Below, in pieces: positions 21,516-30,973 of a stretch of DNA of 64,000 nt. The position numbers were made by a program, and so were the translations under genes. The notes beneath the pieces were generated by a model. The model had not been told where the DNA came from and ran no database searches. It saw only the letters and a list, made by a program, of their open reading frames with translations. The stretch spans positions 3,808,001-3,872,000 of the forward strand of contig OZ252100.1 in assembly GCA_965248435.1 (NCBI GenBank). Direction: 5' to 3'. The number at the start of each line of letters is the position of its first letter. The first letter of the stretch is position 1. Origin of the DNA: Candidatus Latescibacterota bacterium. Its GTDB lineage: Bacteria; Latescibacterota; UBA2968; GCA-2709665.

Positions 21516-22466
21516 ATGTTGAAAGTCGCGTTTATCGGAGCGGGACGCCGGGCGAAGTCGGCGCACTACCCGAACGTCAGTCGATTGGAAGACGTCCAAA
21601 TCGAGGCCGTCGCGGAGCTGGACGAGGACCTGATGAGCCAGGTCGTGGAGCAGTACCACATTCCGCAATCATTTTCGGATTACCACGAGATGCTTGACCG
21701 CGTAGACCCGGACATCGTGTATGTCATCATGAAGGACATCTTCATGACGAAACCTGCGCTTGACTGCCTGAACGCGGGAAAGCACGTGTTTATCGAGAAG
21801 CCGCCGGGTGCGAATTACGAGGAGGCGCAGCAGCTTAGAGATGCGGCGGTCGCCAACAATGTCACGTGTTCGGTCGGTCACCAGCGACGATTCGCTGCAG
21901 TGACCCTGGAGGCCATGCGGCGCGTGAGGGCCGGCAGTGAACCGACGCTCGCGATCGGGGAGTTTCACAAGAATCTGTTGAATGGCCCCATCCCGGATAC
22001 GAGCACGATGTGGGACGATGTGGGTCACATCGTGGACCTTGTCCGCTACATGGTCAAGAGTGACGCTGTTGAAGTAACCGCTTATCGGGACAACCATAAA
22101 ACGGAATGGAAAAACTGCTACAACGCCCTCGTCCGTTTTGACAACAAAGCGGTCGGCATCATTACGGCCAACCGATCTTCGGGGGGGCGCGTCCTCAGCG
22201 CCGAGCTACACGGCGTCGGCGTGGGGTGCTACCTGCAGATCCCGGAGCAGATCCAGATTCTCGAAGAAGGGGAGGAGCCGAAGGTCCTGTCCGGGGCGGA
22301 AGCGGCCGGTCTTGACCCTGGCGCGCACCGATCCGAATATGAAGGTACGTTGACGATGCACAGACATGTCGTGGACTGCATCCAGAAGGGGGAGATTCCC
22401 ATCAATGATATCCGAGATGTGATTCACACCTACGCCCTGGTCGCCCAGATCGAGGGCGACCGGTAA
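21516..22466 (+). CDS. Gfo/Idh/MocA oxidoreductase
   Basis: FIGAG, GKHVFIEKP, VGHQRRF. Confidence 0.88.
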   Translation: MLKVAFIGAGRRAKSAHYPNVSRLEDVQIEAVAELDEDLMSQVVEQYHIPQSFSDYHEMLDRVDPDIVYVIMKDIFMTKPALDCLNAGKHVFIEKPPGANYEEAQQLRDAAVANNVTCSVGHQRRFAAVTLEAMRRVRAGSEPTLAIGEFHKNLLNGPIPDTSTMWDDVGHIVDLVRYMVKSDAVEVTAYRDNHKTEWKNCYNALVRFDNKAVGIITANRSSGGRVLSAELHGVGVGCYLQIPEQIQILEEGEEPKVLSGAEAAGLDPGAHRSEYEGTLTMHRHVVDCIQKGEIPINDIRDVIHTYALVAQIEGDR

Positions 22467-22498
22467 CCTGACAGGCCGTATTCGAAAGGAGTAATCAG

Positions 22499-23548
22499 GT
22501 GGCGAAACGAATGAACATTGCGATCATCGGATGCGGAGGGATCAGCAATTCGCACATGCCCAACATCCTGAACACGCCGGAGATGCACCTTGTTGCTACT
22601 ATGGATCCGATAGAGGAGGCGGAACGGAATGGGCGGCGCTACGGAGCGAAGGTGCGCGCTGAGGAGGGAAACGCGGAGTACTACACGGACGACCTGGACC
22701 GTGTGCTTTCCGACGGGGATATCGACGCGGTGCTGATCTGTTCGACGCACACGACCCACGCCGAGATCTGTGTGAAGGCCTGTGCCGCGGGCAAACACAT
22801 CTTTTCCGAGAAACCGCTGGCGATGTCGATGGAGGATGCCCGAGCCGTCCAGAAGGCGGTCCACGAGTCGGGCGTACAGCTGATGAGCGGGTGGTGGTTC
22901 AAGCATTCACCGGTGACGAAACGGCTTCGGGAGGTCATTCGCAAACCTTACGAGGTCATGTTCACCTGCCGCGTGGCCAGCCCAAGATACGAAAAGCCGG
23001 ATGACCCCGCAGGCACTCACGGAGTTGAAGGCCTTCTTGACAACGCCGGATACAACCTCTACTGGATCTGGCATGTGATGCGTTCTCAGCCTGTAGAGGT
23101 GTTCGCGATGGGCTACGAAGGAAAGCCCACGAACACGAGTACGATCTGTATCCGCTTCGAGAACGGGGGCCTGGGCACGTCCGTCTACAGCACGGTGGGC
23201 GCTGGCGGGATCCTTCCGAAGCATTATGCTGAAGTCCGTGCCGGGACGATGAGCGCGGCCACGCTTCGGTTCGGGAATCTGGTGTTCGAGGGAACGGACG
23301 AGCCGGGTATCGAGGAGAATGCGTACCATAACGGATTTGATGAGGAGATGGGGATGTTTGCGCGGCTCTGCCTGGAAGGCGGTCCGAGTCCGATGGACGC
23401 TTGGGAGGCCTGTATCCCGACGCTGATTTTCGAAAAGGCGGTCGAGTCGATGCGCACACGTAAGGCGGTGTCTGTAGACGTAGAAAAGGAATTCTACCTG
23501 CCCGACGGCAAGCTGCCGGCCAGCATCGAGCGGTTTGGCGACGTGTAA
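22499..23548 (+). CDS. Gfo/Idh/MocA oxidoreductase, paralog A
   Basis: IIGCGG, GKHIFSEKP. Confidence 0.85.
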   Translation: MAKRMNIAIIGCGGISNSHMPNILNTPEMHLVATMDPIEEAERNGRRYGAKVRAEEGNAEYYTDDLDRVLSDGDIDAVLICSTHTTHAEICVKACAAGKHIFSEKPLAMSMEDARAVQKAVHESGVQLMSGWWFKHSPVTKRLREVIRKPYEVMFTCRVASPRYEKPDDPAGTHGVEGLLDNAGYNLYWIWHVMRSQPVEVFAMGYEGKPTNTSTICIRFENGGLGTSVYSTVGAGGILPKHYAEVRAGTMSAATLRFGNLVFEGTDEPGIEENAYHNGFDEEMGMFARLCLEGGPSPMDAWEACIPTLIFEKAVESMRTRKAVSVDVEKEFYLPDGKLPASIERFGDV

Positions 23549-23554
23549 CGCCAA

Positions 23555-23695
23555 GAACCGGGTACCGGGATAGGTAGATAGGTTACAGAGACCTGACGGT
23601 TTGGGGGCGACGCCTGCGTCGCCCCGAGAAATCAAAACACGGGTACCGGGTACCGTAAAGCCGTCGATCGTTTTTCGTGGATCGTCGTTCGCAAG
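23555..23695 (+). repeat. Long (~140 bp) version of the GGTACCG intergenic repeat, with internal hairpin
   Basis: Near-identical to 24842-24976 and similar to 28337-28437; hairpin ggggcgacgc..gcgtcgcccc. Confidence 0.8.
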
Positions 23696-23788
23696 ACAAG
23701 CCTCACTGCAGAGGTGCAGGGGAAACCAGTTGATCGTGGACCAAAAGCGCCGGACTAAGTCGGCTGTGAATCTTGACAGGGGAATAAG

Positions 23789-24832
23789 ATGGCCAAACGG
23801 CTGAATATCGCGATGATCGGGTGCGGTGGGATCAGCGGTTCCCATATGCCCAACATTTTGAACACGCCTGAGATGAATCTCGTGGCGACGATGGACCCGG
23901 TGGAGGAGGGGGTGCGCCCGAACGGGAGAAAGATCGGGGCGAAGGTGCGGGCGGAGGAGGGGAACGCAGACTACCACACGGACGATCTGGACCGCGTGCT
24001 TTCCGACCCTGACGTGGACGCGGTGCTGGTCTTCTCGACACACGATACACACGCGGAGCTCGTCGAGAAGGCCTGTGCTGCGGGTAAGCACATCTTTTGC
24101 GAGAAGCCGCTGGCGATGACGCTGGATGAGGCGCGGGCGATCCAGAAGGCGGTCCACGAGTCGGGCGTCCTGCTGATGGGCGGCTGGTGGTTCAAGCATT
24201 CGCCTATCACCAGGCGGCTCCGAGAGGTGATCCACCAACCCTACCACATCTTCTTTACCTGCCGGGTCAAATACGAGAAACCGGATGATCCCGAGGGGCC
24301 ATACGGTCGCGACGGGATCCTGGACTGCGCGGGCTACAACCTCCACTGGATCTGGCAGGTGATGCGGTCTCAGCCGGTGGAGGTTTTTGCGATGGGGTGC
24401 AACGGGCAACCGACAAACACGAGCACGATCGTCATCCGGTTCGAGAACGGAAGCCTGGGTACCTCCGTCTACAGCACTCTGGGCGGCGGAGGGATCCTTC
24501 CGAAGCATTATGCCGAGGTCCACGCGGGGACGGTGAGTGCTGCCACGCTTCGATTCGGCAACCTCGTGTTTGAAGGTACGGACGCACCGGGTATCGAAGG
24601 GAATACCTACCACAACGGATTCGATGAGGAGATGGGGATGTTCGCACGGGCCTGCCTGGAAGGGAGTCCGAGTCCGATGGATGCCTGGGAGGCCTGCATC
24701 CCGACGCTGATCTTCGAAAAGGCGATCGAGTCGATGCGCACTGGGCGGCCGGTCGCTGTGGACATAGAAAAGGAATTCTACCTTCCTGACGGCAAACTGC
24801 CGGTCAGCATCGAGCGGTTTGGCGATGCATAA
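23789..24832 (+). CDS. Gfo/Idh/MocA oxidoreductase, paralog B
   Basis: Highly similar to 22499-23548. Confidence 0.85.
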   Translation: MAKRLNIAMIGCGGISGSHMPNILNTPEMNLVATMDPVEEGVRPNGRKIGAKVRAEEGNADYHTDDLDRVLSDPDVDAVLVFSTHDTHAELVEKACAAGKHIFCEKPLAMTLDEARAIQKAVHESGVLLMGGWWFKHSPITRRLREVIHQPYHIFFTCRVKYEKPDDPEGPYGRDGILDCAGYNLHWIWQVMRSQPVEVFAMGCNGQPTNTSTIVIRFENGSLGTSVYSTLGGGGILPKHYAEVHAGTVSAATLRFGNLVFEGTDAPGIEGNTYHNGFDEEMGMFARACLEGSPSPMDAWEACIPTLIFEKAIESMRTGRPVAVDIEKEFYLPDGKLPVSIERFGDA

Positions 24833-25056
24833 CATCATCAAGATCGGGTACCGGGATAGGTAGATAGGTTACAGAGACCTGACGGTTTGGGGGCGACGCC
24901 TGCGTCGCCCCGAGAAATCAAAACACGGGTACCGGGTACCGTAAAGCTATCGATCGTTTTTCGTGGATCGTCGTTCGAAAAGCAAACCGCACCGCGGAGA
25001 CGGGGAGGGCGCGGAGGAAAGACCGGGTACCGCTAAGGAACGTATTCCGTGAATTA

Positions 25057-26511
25057 TTGGCGATGGACTCTGCCGTGAACATTATCGCGATCATCTCAGA
25101 CTCGTTCCGATACGACAACCTCTTCGATCGGGCACCCCTGCCGGTGCGGACGCCGGAACTTGATCGCTTTTCCGAACGTTCGGTGAGTCTTTCGCGCTTC
25201 TACGCCGCCAGTTTTCCCACGATTCCGTTCCGCACGGACTGGACGACGGGGCGCACGACCTGGCCGTGGCATCCCTGGCAGGAGCGGCGGAAGAGCAGCC
25301 AGAACCACGCCCCCGAGCTGCTTGATGAGGCCGGGTACGTCACGCAGCTGCTCTGTGACACGCCGCACCTGTTTCCCGCCGGCATGGACCAAGGTTTTCA
25401 CGGCGCGTACGAGCTACGCGGACAGGAGGGAGACACGTTCTTCCTCAGGATGAACCGCCCGATCGAACAGGTGATGCCTCCCGAAAAGACGCGACAGACT
25501 TTCCACTTCCAGGGGCGCACCCTCGTGGATCTCCACCGGTGGACGAATCGCGCCTGGACCCGTGAGGAGGACCGCTTCGCTCCGCGCACGGCGGGCCTGG
25601 CCATAGAATGGCTGGAAGAGAACTACCAACATAAGCCATTTTTTCTGTGGGTCGACTTCTTCGATCCCCACGAGCCTTGGGACCCTCCCGAGTACATGGT
25701 CAGACGTTACGACCCTGACTACGAAGGCACGCCGATGCTTCATCCCAACTACGGCAGGGCCAGCGATCTGACTCCCGGGGAGCTGAAGAACCTGCACGCA
25801 CACTACTGTGCCGAAGCGGAACTGACCGATCGCTGGATTGGACGAATCCTTCGGAAGATCGACGACCTGAATTTGTGGGAAAACTCGATCGTCCTCTTCA
25901 TGTCCGACCACGGGAAGAGCCTGGGTGAGCACGACAGGACGGGCAAGTCGAACCGGAACCTGGCCGACGACCGCCTCTGGCCTGTCTATCCGGAACTGGC
26001 CCACATTCCCTTGATGGTCGCTGCCCCGGGATTGGAGGGCGGGCGGACGGTGGACGCGCTTCTGCAACCTCCCGACGTCCTGCCCACGCTGCTGGACCTG
26101 GCCGGGGCCGACGTCACACCCCCGGAGCCGTTCCACGGGCAATCCTTTGCCCCGCTCCTGCGGGGCGAATCCCAGGCCCCGCCGCACGACTGCGCCATCT
26201 CGGCGTCGTTCTTGCGTCAGACCGAGGGCACCATCCCCCTCAGTCGCAACACGCCTGTCCTCTACACAGAGGGTTGGGCGTATGCCCCGATTGGCTCCGA
26301 GGGCGATCGCGAGCTGTTCGATCTAAAAGAGGATCCGTACGGGGAGACGAACGTGGCTTCAGAACACGCCAGCGTGGTCAGAGAACTGCACGACCGGTTG
26401 ATCGGCCGGCTGCAGGAAATGGATGCGCCCGAAGAGGCAATCGCGGTCTTTAAAGGAAAGGTGACAGCTCGAAAAGAGAAGGGACGGACCGTGGAGTCTA
26501 TCCCCAGGTAG
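25057..26511 (+). CDS. Sulfatase-like hydrolase (alkaline phosphatase superfamily) with Thr at the nucleophile position
   Basis: IISDSFR, FPTIPFR, FDPHEPW, SDHG, ELFDL. Confidence 0.8.
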   Translation: MAMDSAVNIIAIISDSFRYDNLFDRAPLPVRTPELDRFSERSVSLSRFYAASFPTIPFRTDWTTGRTTWPWHPWQERRKSSQNHAPELLDEAGYVTQLLCDTPHLFPAGMDQGFHGAYELRGQEGDTFFLRMNRPIEQVMPPEKTRQTFHFQGRTLVDLHRWTNRAWTREEDRFAPRTAGLAIEWLEENYQHKPFFLWVDFFDPHEPWDPPEYMVRRYDPDYEGTPMLHPNYGRASDLTPGELKNLHAHYCAEAELTDRWIGRILRKIDDLNLWENSIVLFMSDHGKSLGEHDRTGKSNRNLADDRLWPVYPELAHIPLMVAAPGLEGGRTVDALLQPPDVLPTLLDLAGADVTPPEPFHGQSFAPLLRGESQAPPHDCAISASFLRQTEGTIPLSRNTPVLYTEGWAYAPIGSEGDRELFDLKEDPYGETNVASEHASVVRELHDRLIGRLQEMDAPEEAIAVFKGKVTARKEKGRTVESIPR

Positions 26512-26602
26512 GGATTCCGAGAATCGGAAGAGGAAGCAGCCAGGACAGTCCCGGGAAAGTTTGAGAAATCTTTCAGGGATTCCCTCTAAATGGAGGGTTG
26601 CC

Positions 26603-27385
26603 ATGACCCCGGATGAGCGCTTGCATTTCGAAACGTTCGGGTTTCTGTTCTATCGTCAGCTGTTCACATCGGACGAAACGGAGAAGATCACGAAGGCCGC
26701 GGAAGAGGTCTGGACCGAAGCACTGGGTCGACCGCCTGCGGGAGACGAAAAGATGAACGTCTGGCCCTTCGTCGAGCGGCACGAAACCCTGCTGCGTATC
26801 ATCGACGACGATCGTATCCACGGCCCGTTGACCGACCTTCTGGGCGAGGACATGATCTGGTCCCTGTCGGAGGGAAACCGCGGATTCGACCCGGAAAGAC
26901 CGGCACATCACTGGCACGCGGACCGGGCCGGAAAACAGGAACTGGATTACACGCGCATCAAGATCATGCTCTACCTGGATCCCACGGCGAAAGATCGGGG
27001 GGCCATGCGCGTGATTCCAGGCTCGCATCGCCTTCCGCTGCACGAAGCGCTGCAACCGTTTCAGAAGAGTCACGTCGAGGATGCGCCCACGTTCTTCGGT
27101 ATGGACGGGGCGGACGTGCCCTCTCACGCTGTCGAAAGCCAGCCGGGTGACGTGCTCATCTTCGATCAGACCCTGTTCCACGGCGTCTACGGGAAGACCG
27201 GACGCCGCCGTTATATCGCTTTGAAGTATGCGGCACGGCCGAAGTGTAAAGCCCATCTGGCCTCCTTGAAGAACTGGTCCGAATACACGTTTCACCCGCA
27301 TCAGGCGCTTCTGGACTGCGATCGCCCGCGTGTCCAGGAGATGGTCAGAGGGCTATCCGCCTTAGGACAGGAAGCAGGAGCATGA
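26603..27385 (+). CDS. Phytanoyl-CoA dioxygenase family (Fe/2OG)
   Basis: WHAD, RVIPGSH, PGDVLIFD..LFHG. Confidence 0.85.
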   Translation: MTPDERLHFETFGFLFYRQLFTSDETEKITKAAEEVWTEALGRPPAGDEKMNVWPFVERHETLLRIIDDDRIHGPLTDLLGEDMIWSLSEGNRGFDPERPAHHWHADRAGKQELDYTRIKIMLYLDPTAKDRGAMRVIPGSHRLPLHEALQPFQKSHVEDAPTFFGMDGADVPSHAVESQPGDVLIFDQTLFHGVYGKTGRRRYIALKYAARPKCKAHLASLKNWSEYTFHPHQALLDCDRPRVQEMVRGLSALGQEAGA

Positions 27386-27419
27386 AATGAAGGGCCGGAA
27401 ATGAAGGAGGATCACAGAG

Positions 27420-28272
27420 GTGGCTGCCGAGGCATATCACTATCGCTCGGTCGAGGGCTGGGGTCTGGGTTCCGATGGACGGCAGATGGGCGGCGTCCTG
27501 CCCGACGTCGCCATCGATTCGGAAGATCGAGTCTACGTGACGCGTGCGCGACCCGCCGGCCATTCTGGTCTATGACTGCGAGGGTCGATACCTCACGTCC
27601 TTCGGCGAAATCGTCCTCTCCAATCCACACAACGTCTGGATCGATCCCGCCAATCGACTCTTCTGTGCGGACGTCGAGGACCACACCGTCCGCATCTTCG
27701 ACACAAAGGGCGAGCTCCTCCAGACGCTAGGCTCCCCGAACGAAACCGGCGCGCCCGGAGAGCCGTTCAACAAGCCGACGAAGGCCATGGCGGCGCCTTC
27801 CGGAGCCGTCTTCGTCTCCGATGGCTACGGCCAGCACCGCGTGCATCGATTCTCGCCGGACGGTGAGCTGCAGCTCTCCTGGGGCGAGGAAGGCACGGGA
27901 CCGGGCCAGTTTGCGTTGCCCCACGATGTCTGGGTCGATCCCCGCGATCGCGTCATGGTGACCGATCGGGAGAACGACCGTATTCAGCTCTTCGACGTCG
28001 AAGGTCGCTTTCTCGAAGCGTGGACGGACGTCGAATCGCCCAACGACATCCACATCGACGAAAACGGCATCGTCTACGTCGCCGAGGCACCACGACGCGT
28101 CAGTCTGTTCGACCTCGATGGCCGGCTTCTTGCCCGCTGGGGCGAAGAAGGCGACGGACCGGGTCAATACGTCGACCACCCGCACGGCATCTGCGTCGAC
28201 TCACACGGTGACATCTACGTCACCGAAGTCCCCTGGCAGCCCGACCGCCTCCAGAAGTTCACGCGCACCTGA
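27420..28272 (+). pseudogene. NHL-repeat beta-propeller (peptidyl-alpha-hydroxyglycine lyase-like), frameshifted near 27545
   Basis: GTG frame VAAEAYHY...DVAIDSEDRVYV switches frame to RDPPAILVYD; NHL motifs GPGQFALPH, VSDGYG. Confidence 0.6.
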
Positions 28273-28290
28273 TGATCCACGAGGCATCAC

Positions 28291-28336
28291 GTGAAGATCG
28301 CGGACATCGAAGTCATCCCGCTCCGCGTTCCCTGGA
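28291..28336 (+). pseudogene. Enolase-superfamily N-terminal remnant
   Basis: VKIADIEVIPLRVPW, cut off by the GGTACC repeat. Confidence 0.4.
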
Positions 28337-28507
28337 AGAACCGGGTACCGGGATAGGTAGATAGGTTACAGGGATCTTACGGTTTGGGGGCGACGCTGGG
28401 TCGCCCCGGGAAATCAAAACACGGGTACCGGGTACCGAAGAACCTGGAACGTCATCCAATTGCGGATTGCGGATATCCTGCACGTTAGCAGTGCAGAAGA
28501 GCACACA

Positions 28508-28636
28508 ATGGCGAAGTATCGCGGCGGAGTGATTGGGCTGGGATGGATGGGGTTGCTCTACGATCTTGCGGACCGGATTCCGGACCGCTTCAACGTGGAC
28601 GACGTGGACAGGCCCACGCCCGAGCTTGACATCCAC
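28508..28636 (+). pseudogene. Gfo/Idh/MocA-like N-terminal remnant
   Basis: MAKYRGGVIGLGWMG, then runs into a tandem repeat. Confidence 0.45.
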
Positions 28637-28725
28637 GGAAGGCAGAACACGGGAAGGCAGAACACGGGGAAGCAGAACACGGGAAGGCAGAACACGTGAA
28701 GGCAGAACACGGGGAAGCAGAACAC
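28634..28725 (+). repeat. 15-bp tandem repeat (acgggaaggcagaac) x~6
   Basis: Directly visible, with single-base variants. Confidence 0.9.
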
Positions 28726-28760
28726 CGCTACAGGGTATCGTAAAGGCCAAAACCGGAATT

Positions 28761-29153
28761 ATGGGAAATATGAAAGTGAGCAGCTATAAGGACCTGGAGG
28801 TATGGAACAAGGGTATCGGAATCGTGGATCACGTATATGATGTCACGTCTCAATTTCCGAAGGAAGAAACGTATGGCTTAGCGGCGCACATGCAAAAGAC
28901 GGCGATATCCGTACCATCGAACATTGCTGAAGGTCATGCTCGACAGCATACCAGAGAGTATCAGCAGTTCTGTCACATCGCGCTCGGTTCGTGTGCTGAA
29001 TTGGTGACACAGTTAACCATCGCAAAGCGACGAGGCTATATATCTGACGAAGACTTCGCGAAATTGGAGGACGAATTGGACCACGAGACTCGAATGCTCC
29101 AGAACCTGATTAGGAGTCTTAAGGATAAATCGAGCGAGGAATCTCAATCTTGA
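28761..29153 (+). CDS. Four helix bundle protein (23S rRNA IVP / bAvd-like family)
   Basis: YKDLEVW, FPKEETYGL, SVPSNIAEG, ALGSCAEL. Confidence 0.9.
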   Translation: MGNMKVSSYKDLEVWNKGIGIVDHVYDVTSQFPKEETYGLAAHMQKTAISVPSNIAEGHARQHTREYQQFCHIALGSCAELVTQLTIAKRRGYISDEDFAKLEDELDHETRMLQNLIRSLKDKSSEESQS

Positions 29154-29252
29154 TATCAGGAGAAATGGTTTTTCGGACCCCGGACCCCGGTACCCGGTAC
29201 CCGAGATCAGGCAACAGAGCACTTGTTCTCGGTGATGAGGAGGAGTAAACCT

Positions 29253-30782
29253 ATGAGGCTTCAAATTCCGGGCTCAGAACTGATCGTAAACATCGGAACT
29301 CAGAAGCAGCTGTTTGTTGACGACCACATTATCGAGACGACGCGGTGGATATCGCCGCGGTCTTCCGAGACGGCCAGATATTTGCAGCCACCTGCGCGGC
29401 CCAGAACCGACCTGGATGGCTGGAGCGAGGGCGTCGACCGGATCGAGGGCGATGTCCCGGGGCACCTCGTGAGGGCGACGGCGTTCGTGACCCGAACGGT
29501 GAATCAACCCGAGCGGGTCGAGGGCAATCCGATTTTCAAAAAGGCACAGCCCTGGGAGGGTGATGCGCCGTCGGCCTCCACCGTGATGTACGACGATGGG
29601 CTCTGGAAGATGTGGTACCTCAGCAAGAAACTACCCAGCCCGCCGCATCGATATTCCTGCCTATATGCCACATCTCAGGACGGAATCAGGTGGGAAAGGC
29701 CGGCGCTGGGCGTGGTGAAAGACGATGCGGGCAGGGACACGAACATCGTTCTGGAATCCGGGTGCGGGTCTGTCTTGAAGGATGAAGAGGCGGACCCCTC
29801 CCGGCGTTACAAACTCGCGCTCTCCAGGCGGTCGAAAGAGGGACTGCAGCACCCGATGCTCTACCATTCGCCCGACGGCATCCACTGGACACCGGACCCT
29901 GGGCCGTTCAGCCACAGCCGGGGAGACGAAGTCCTCTCGGTGATGTATGATCCTTTGAGCAAGAAGTACCTGGGGTTCTGCCGAAACGCCTACCCCAAGC
30001 CGGTGCTGGTTCACAGGACCGAGCGGTTCCTCCTCAGGATGCAGAGCAATGATCTGGTTCACTGGTCGATGTCTGAGCCCATCATCGAAAAGGACGACCT
30101 CGATCCGTTCGACTCCGATTTCTACGGCATGAGCGGCGTGTGCTACGAGGGCATGTACCTCGGTTTCGTGAATGTACACCATACGGCTCCCGACACGATG
30201 GATATATGGCTTGCCCACAGCAGAGACAGCTTCCGCTGGAAGCGGCTCCGGAGCCGGCCCTTTATGCCGAGGGGGCCCGAAGGGAGTTGGGAGGGAGGCA
30301 TGGTGATGATGTTTCAGGCACCGATACAGGTGGACGATGAAATCTGGGTCTACTACAGGGGGACCGACGGGTTCCACGATGCGCTGGAAAAGAACAGGTA
30401 TGTCGGGCTGGCAAAGCTGCGCCTGGATGGCTTCGTGTCTATCGACGCCTTTCCGAATGAACACAAGAAAAAACGTGCGATTCAACAGCCCGGAAAGAAT
30501 TTTCCGCCTACGCTTCTTACCAAACCCCTCCATTCACCGGGCAACCGCCTCGTTGTGAATGTGGATGCCTCTGAAGGGTTTATCGAGGCCGAGCTGTTGA
30601 ACGTTGACGGATACGTCATCGATGGATTTTCCAGCGAAGCGTGCGACACCTTTCATGGGGACAGTCTGGCGCACACGTTCATCTGGAATGGAAACTCGGA
30701 TATCGGGGGAGCCCTTCCGGCGAGGATCCGATTCTCGATGAATAACGCGAAGCTGTATGCGTTGCAGATTCCCAAAGAGTGA
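29253..30782 (+). CDS. Beta-propeller glycoside hydrolase-like protein, paralog 1
   Basis: KQLFVDD, SQDGIRW, SPDGIHW, LRLDGFVS. Confidence 0.6.
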   Translation: MRLQIPGSELIVNIGTQKQLFVDDHIIETTRWISPRSSETARYLQPPARPRTDLDGWSEGVDRIEGDVPGHLVRATAFVTRTVNQPERVEGNPIFKKAQPWEGDAPSASTVMYDDGLWKMWYLSKKLPSPPHRYSCLYATSQDGIRWERPALGVVKDDAGRDTNIVLESGCGSVLKDEEADPSRRYKLALSRRSKEGLQHPMLYHSPDGIHWTPDPGPFSHSRGDEVLSVMYDPLSKKYLGFCRNAYPKPVLVHRTERFLLRMQSNDLVHWSMSEPIIEKDDLDPFDSDFYGMSGVCYEGMYLGFVNVHHTAPDTMDIWLAHSRDSFRWKRLRSRPFMPRGPEGSWEGGMVMMFQAPIQVDDEIWVYYRGTDGFHDALEKNRYVGLAKLRLDGFVSIDAFPNEHKKKRAIQQPGKNFPPTLLTKPLHSPGNRLVVNVDASEGFIEAELLNVDGYVIDGFSSEACDTFHGDSLAHTFIWNGNSDIGGALPARIRFSMNNAKLYALQIPKE

Positions 30783-30973
30783 TGACCGGGTACCGGGGTT
30801 CGGGTACCGGGTACCGTAAAACCGGGGATCGTGAATCGTGAATCGTGGATCGAAAAGCGGCTACAGAACGTGGCTAAGGGCCTCCAGACGGCGAAATTTG
30901 GCCCAATCTTGAGAATCAGGTACCTGAAATCAGGTATCAGGTCACTCGATTGGAAATGAGGGGGGTTACAGCA

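Noticed and set aside
2514-24841. Long antisense or alternate-frame ORFs (e.g. 2514-4211, 11086-12627, 12894-14492, 22907-24841)
   Set aside because: They are shadows of GC-rich genes, with no recognisable motifs.
28634-28725. Mini-CRISPR or coding repeat
   Set aside because: The units are contiguous 15-mers with no spacers; the ORF extension through them looks incidental.
28761-29153. Diversity-generating retroelement (Avd-like protein plus near-identical paralogs)
   Set aside because: No reverse transcriptase is in the window, and paralog differences are not visibly adenine-specific or confined to a short variable repeat.
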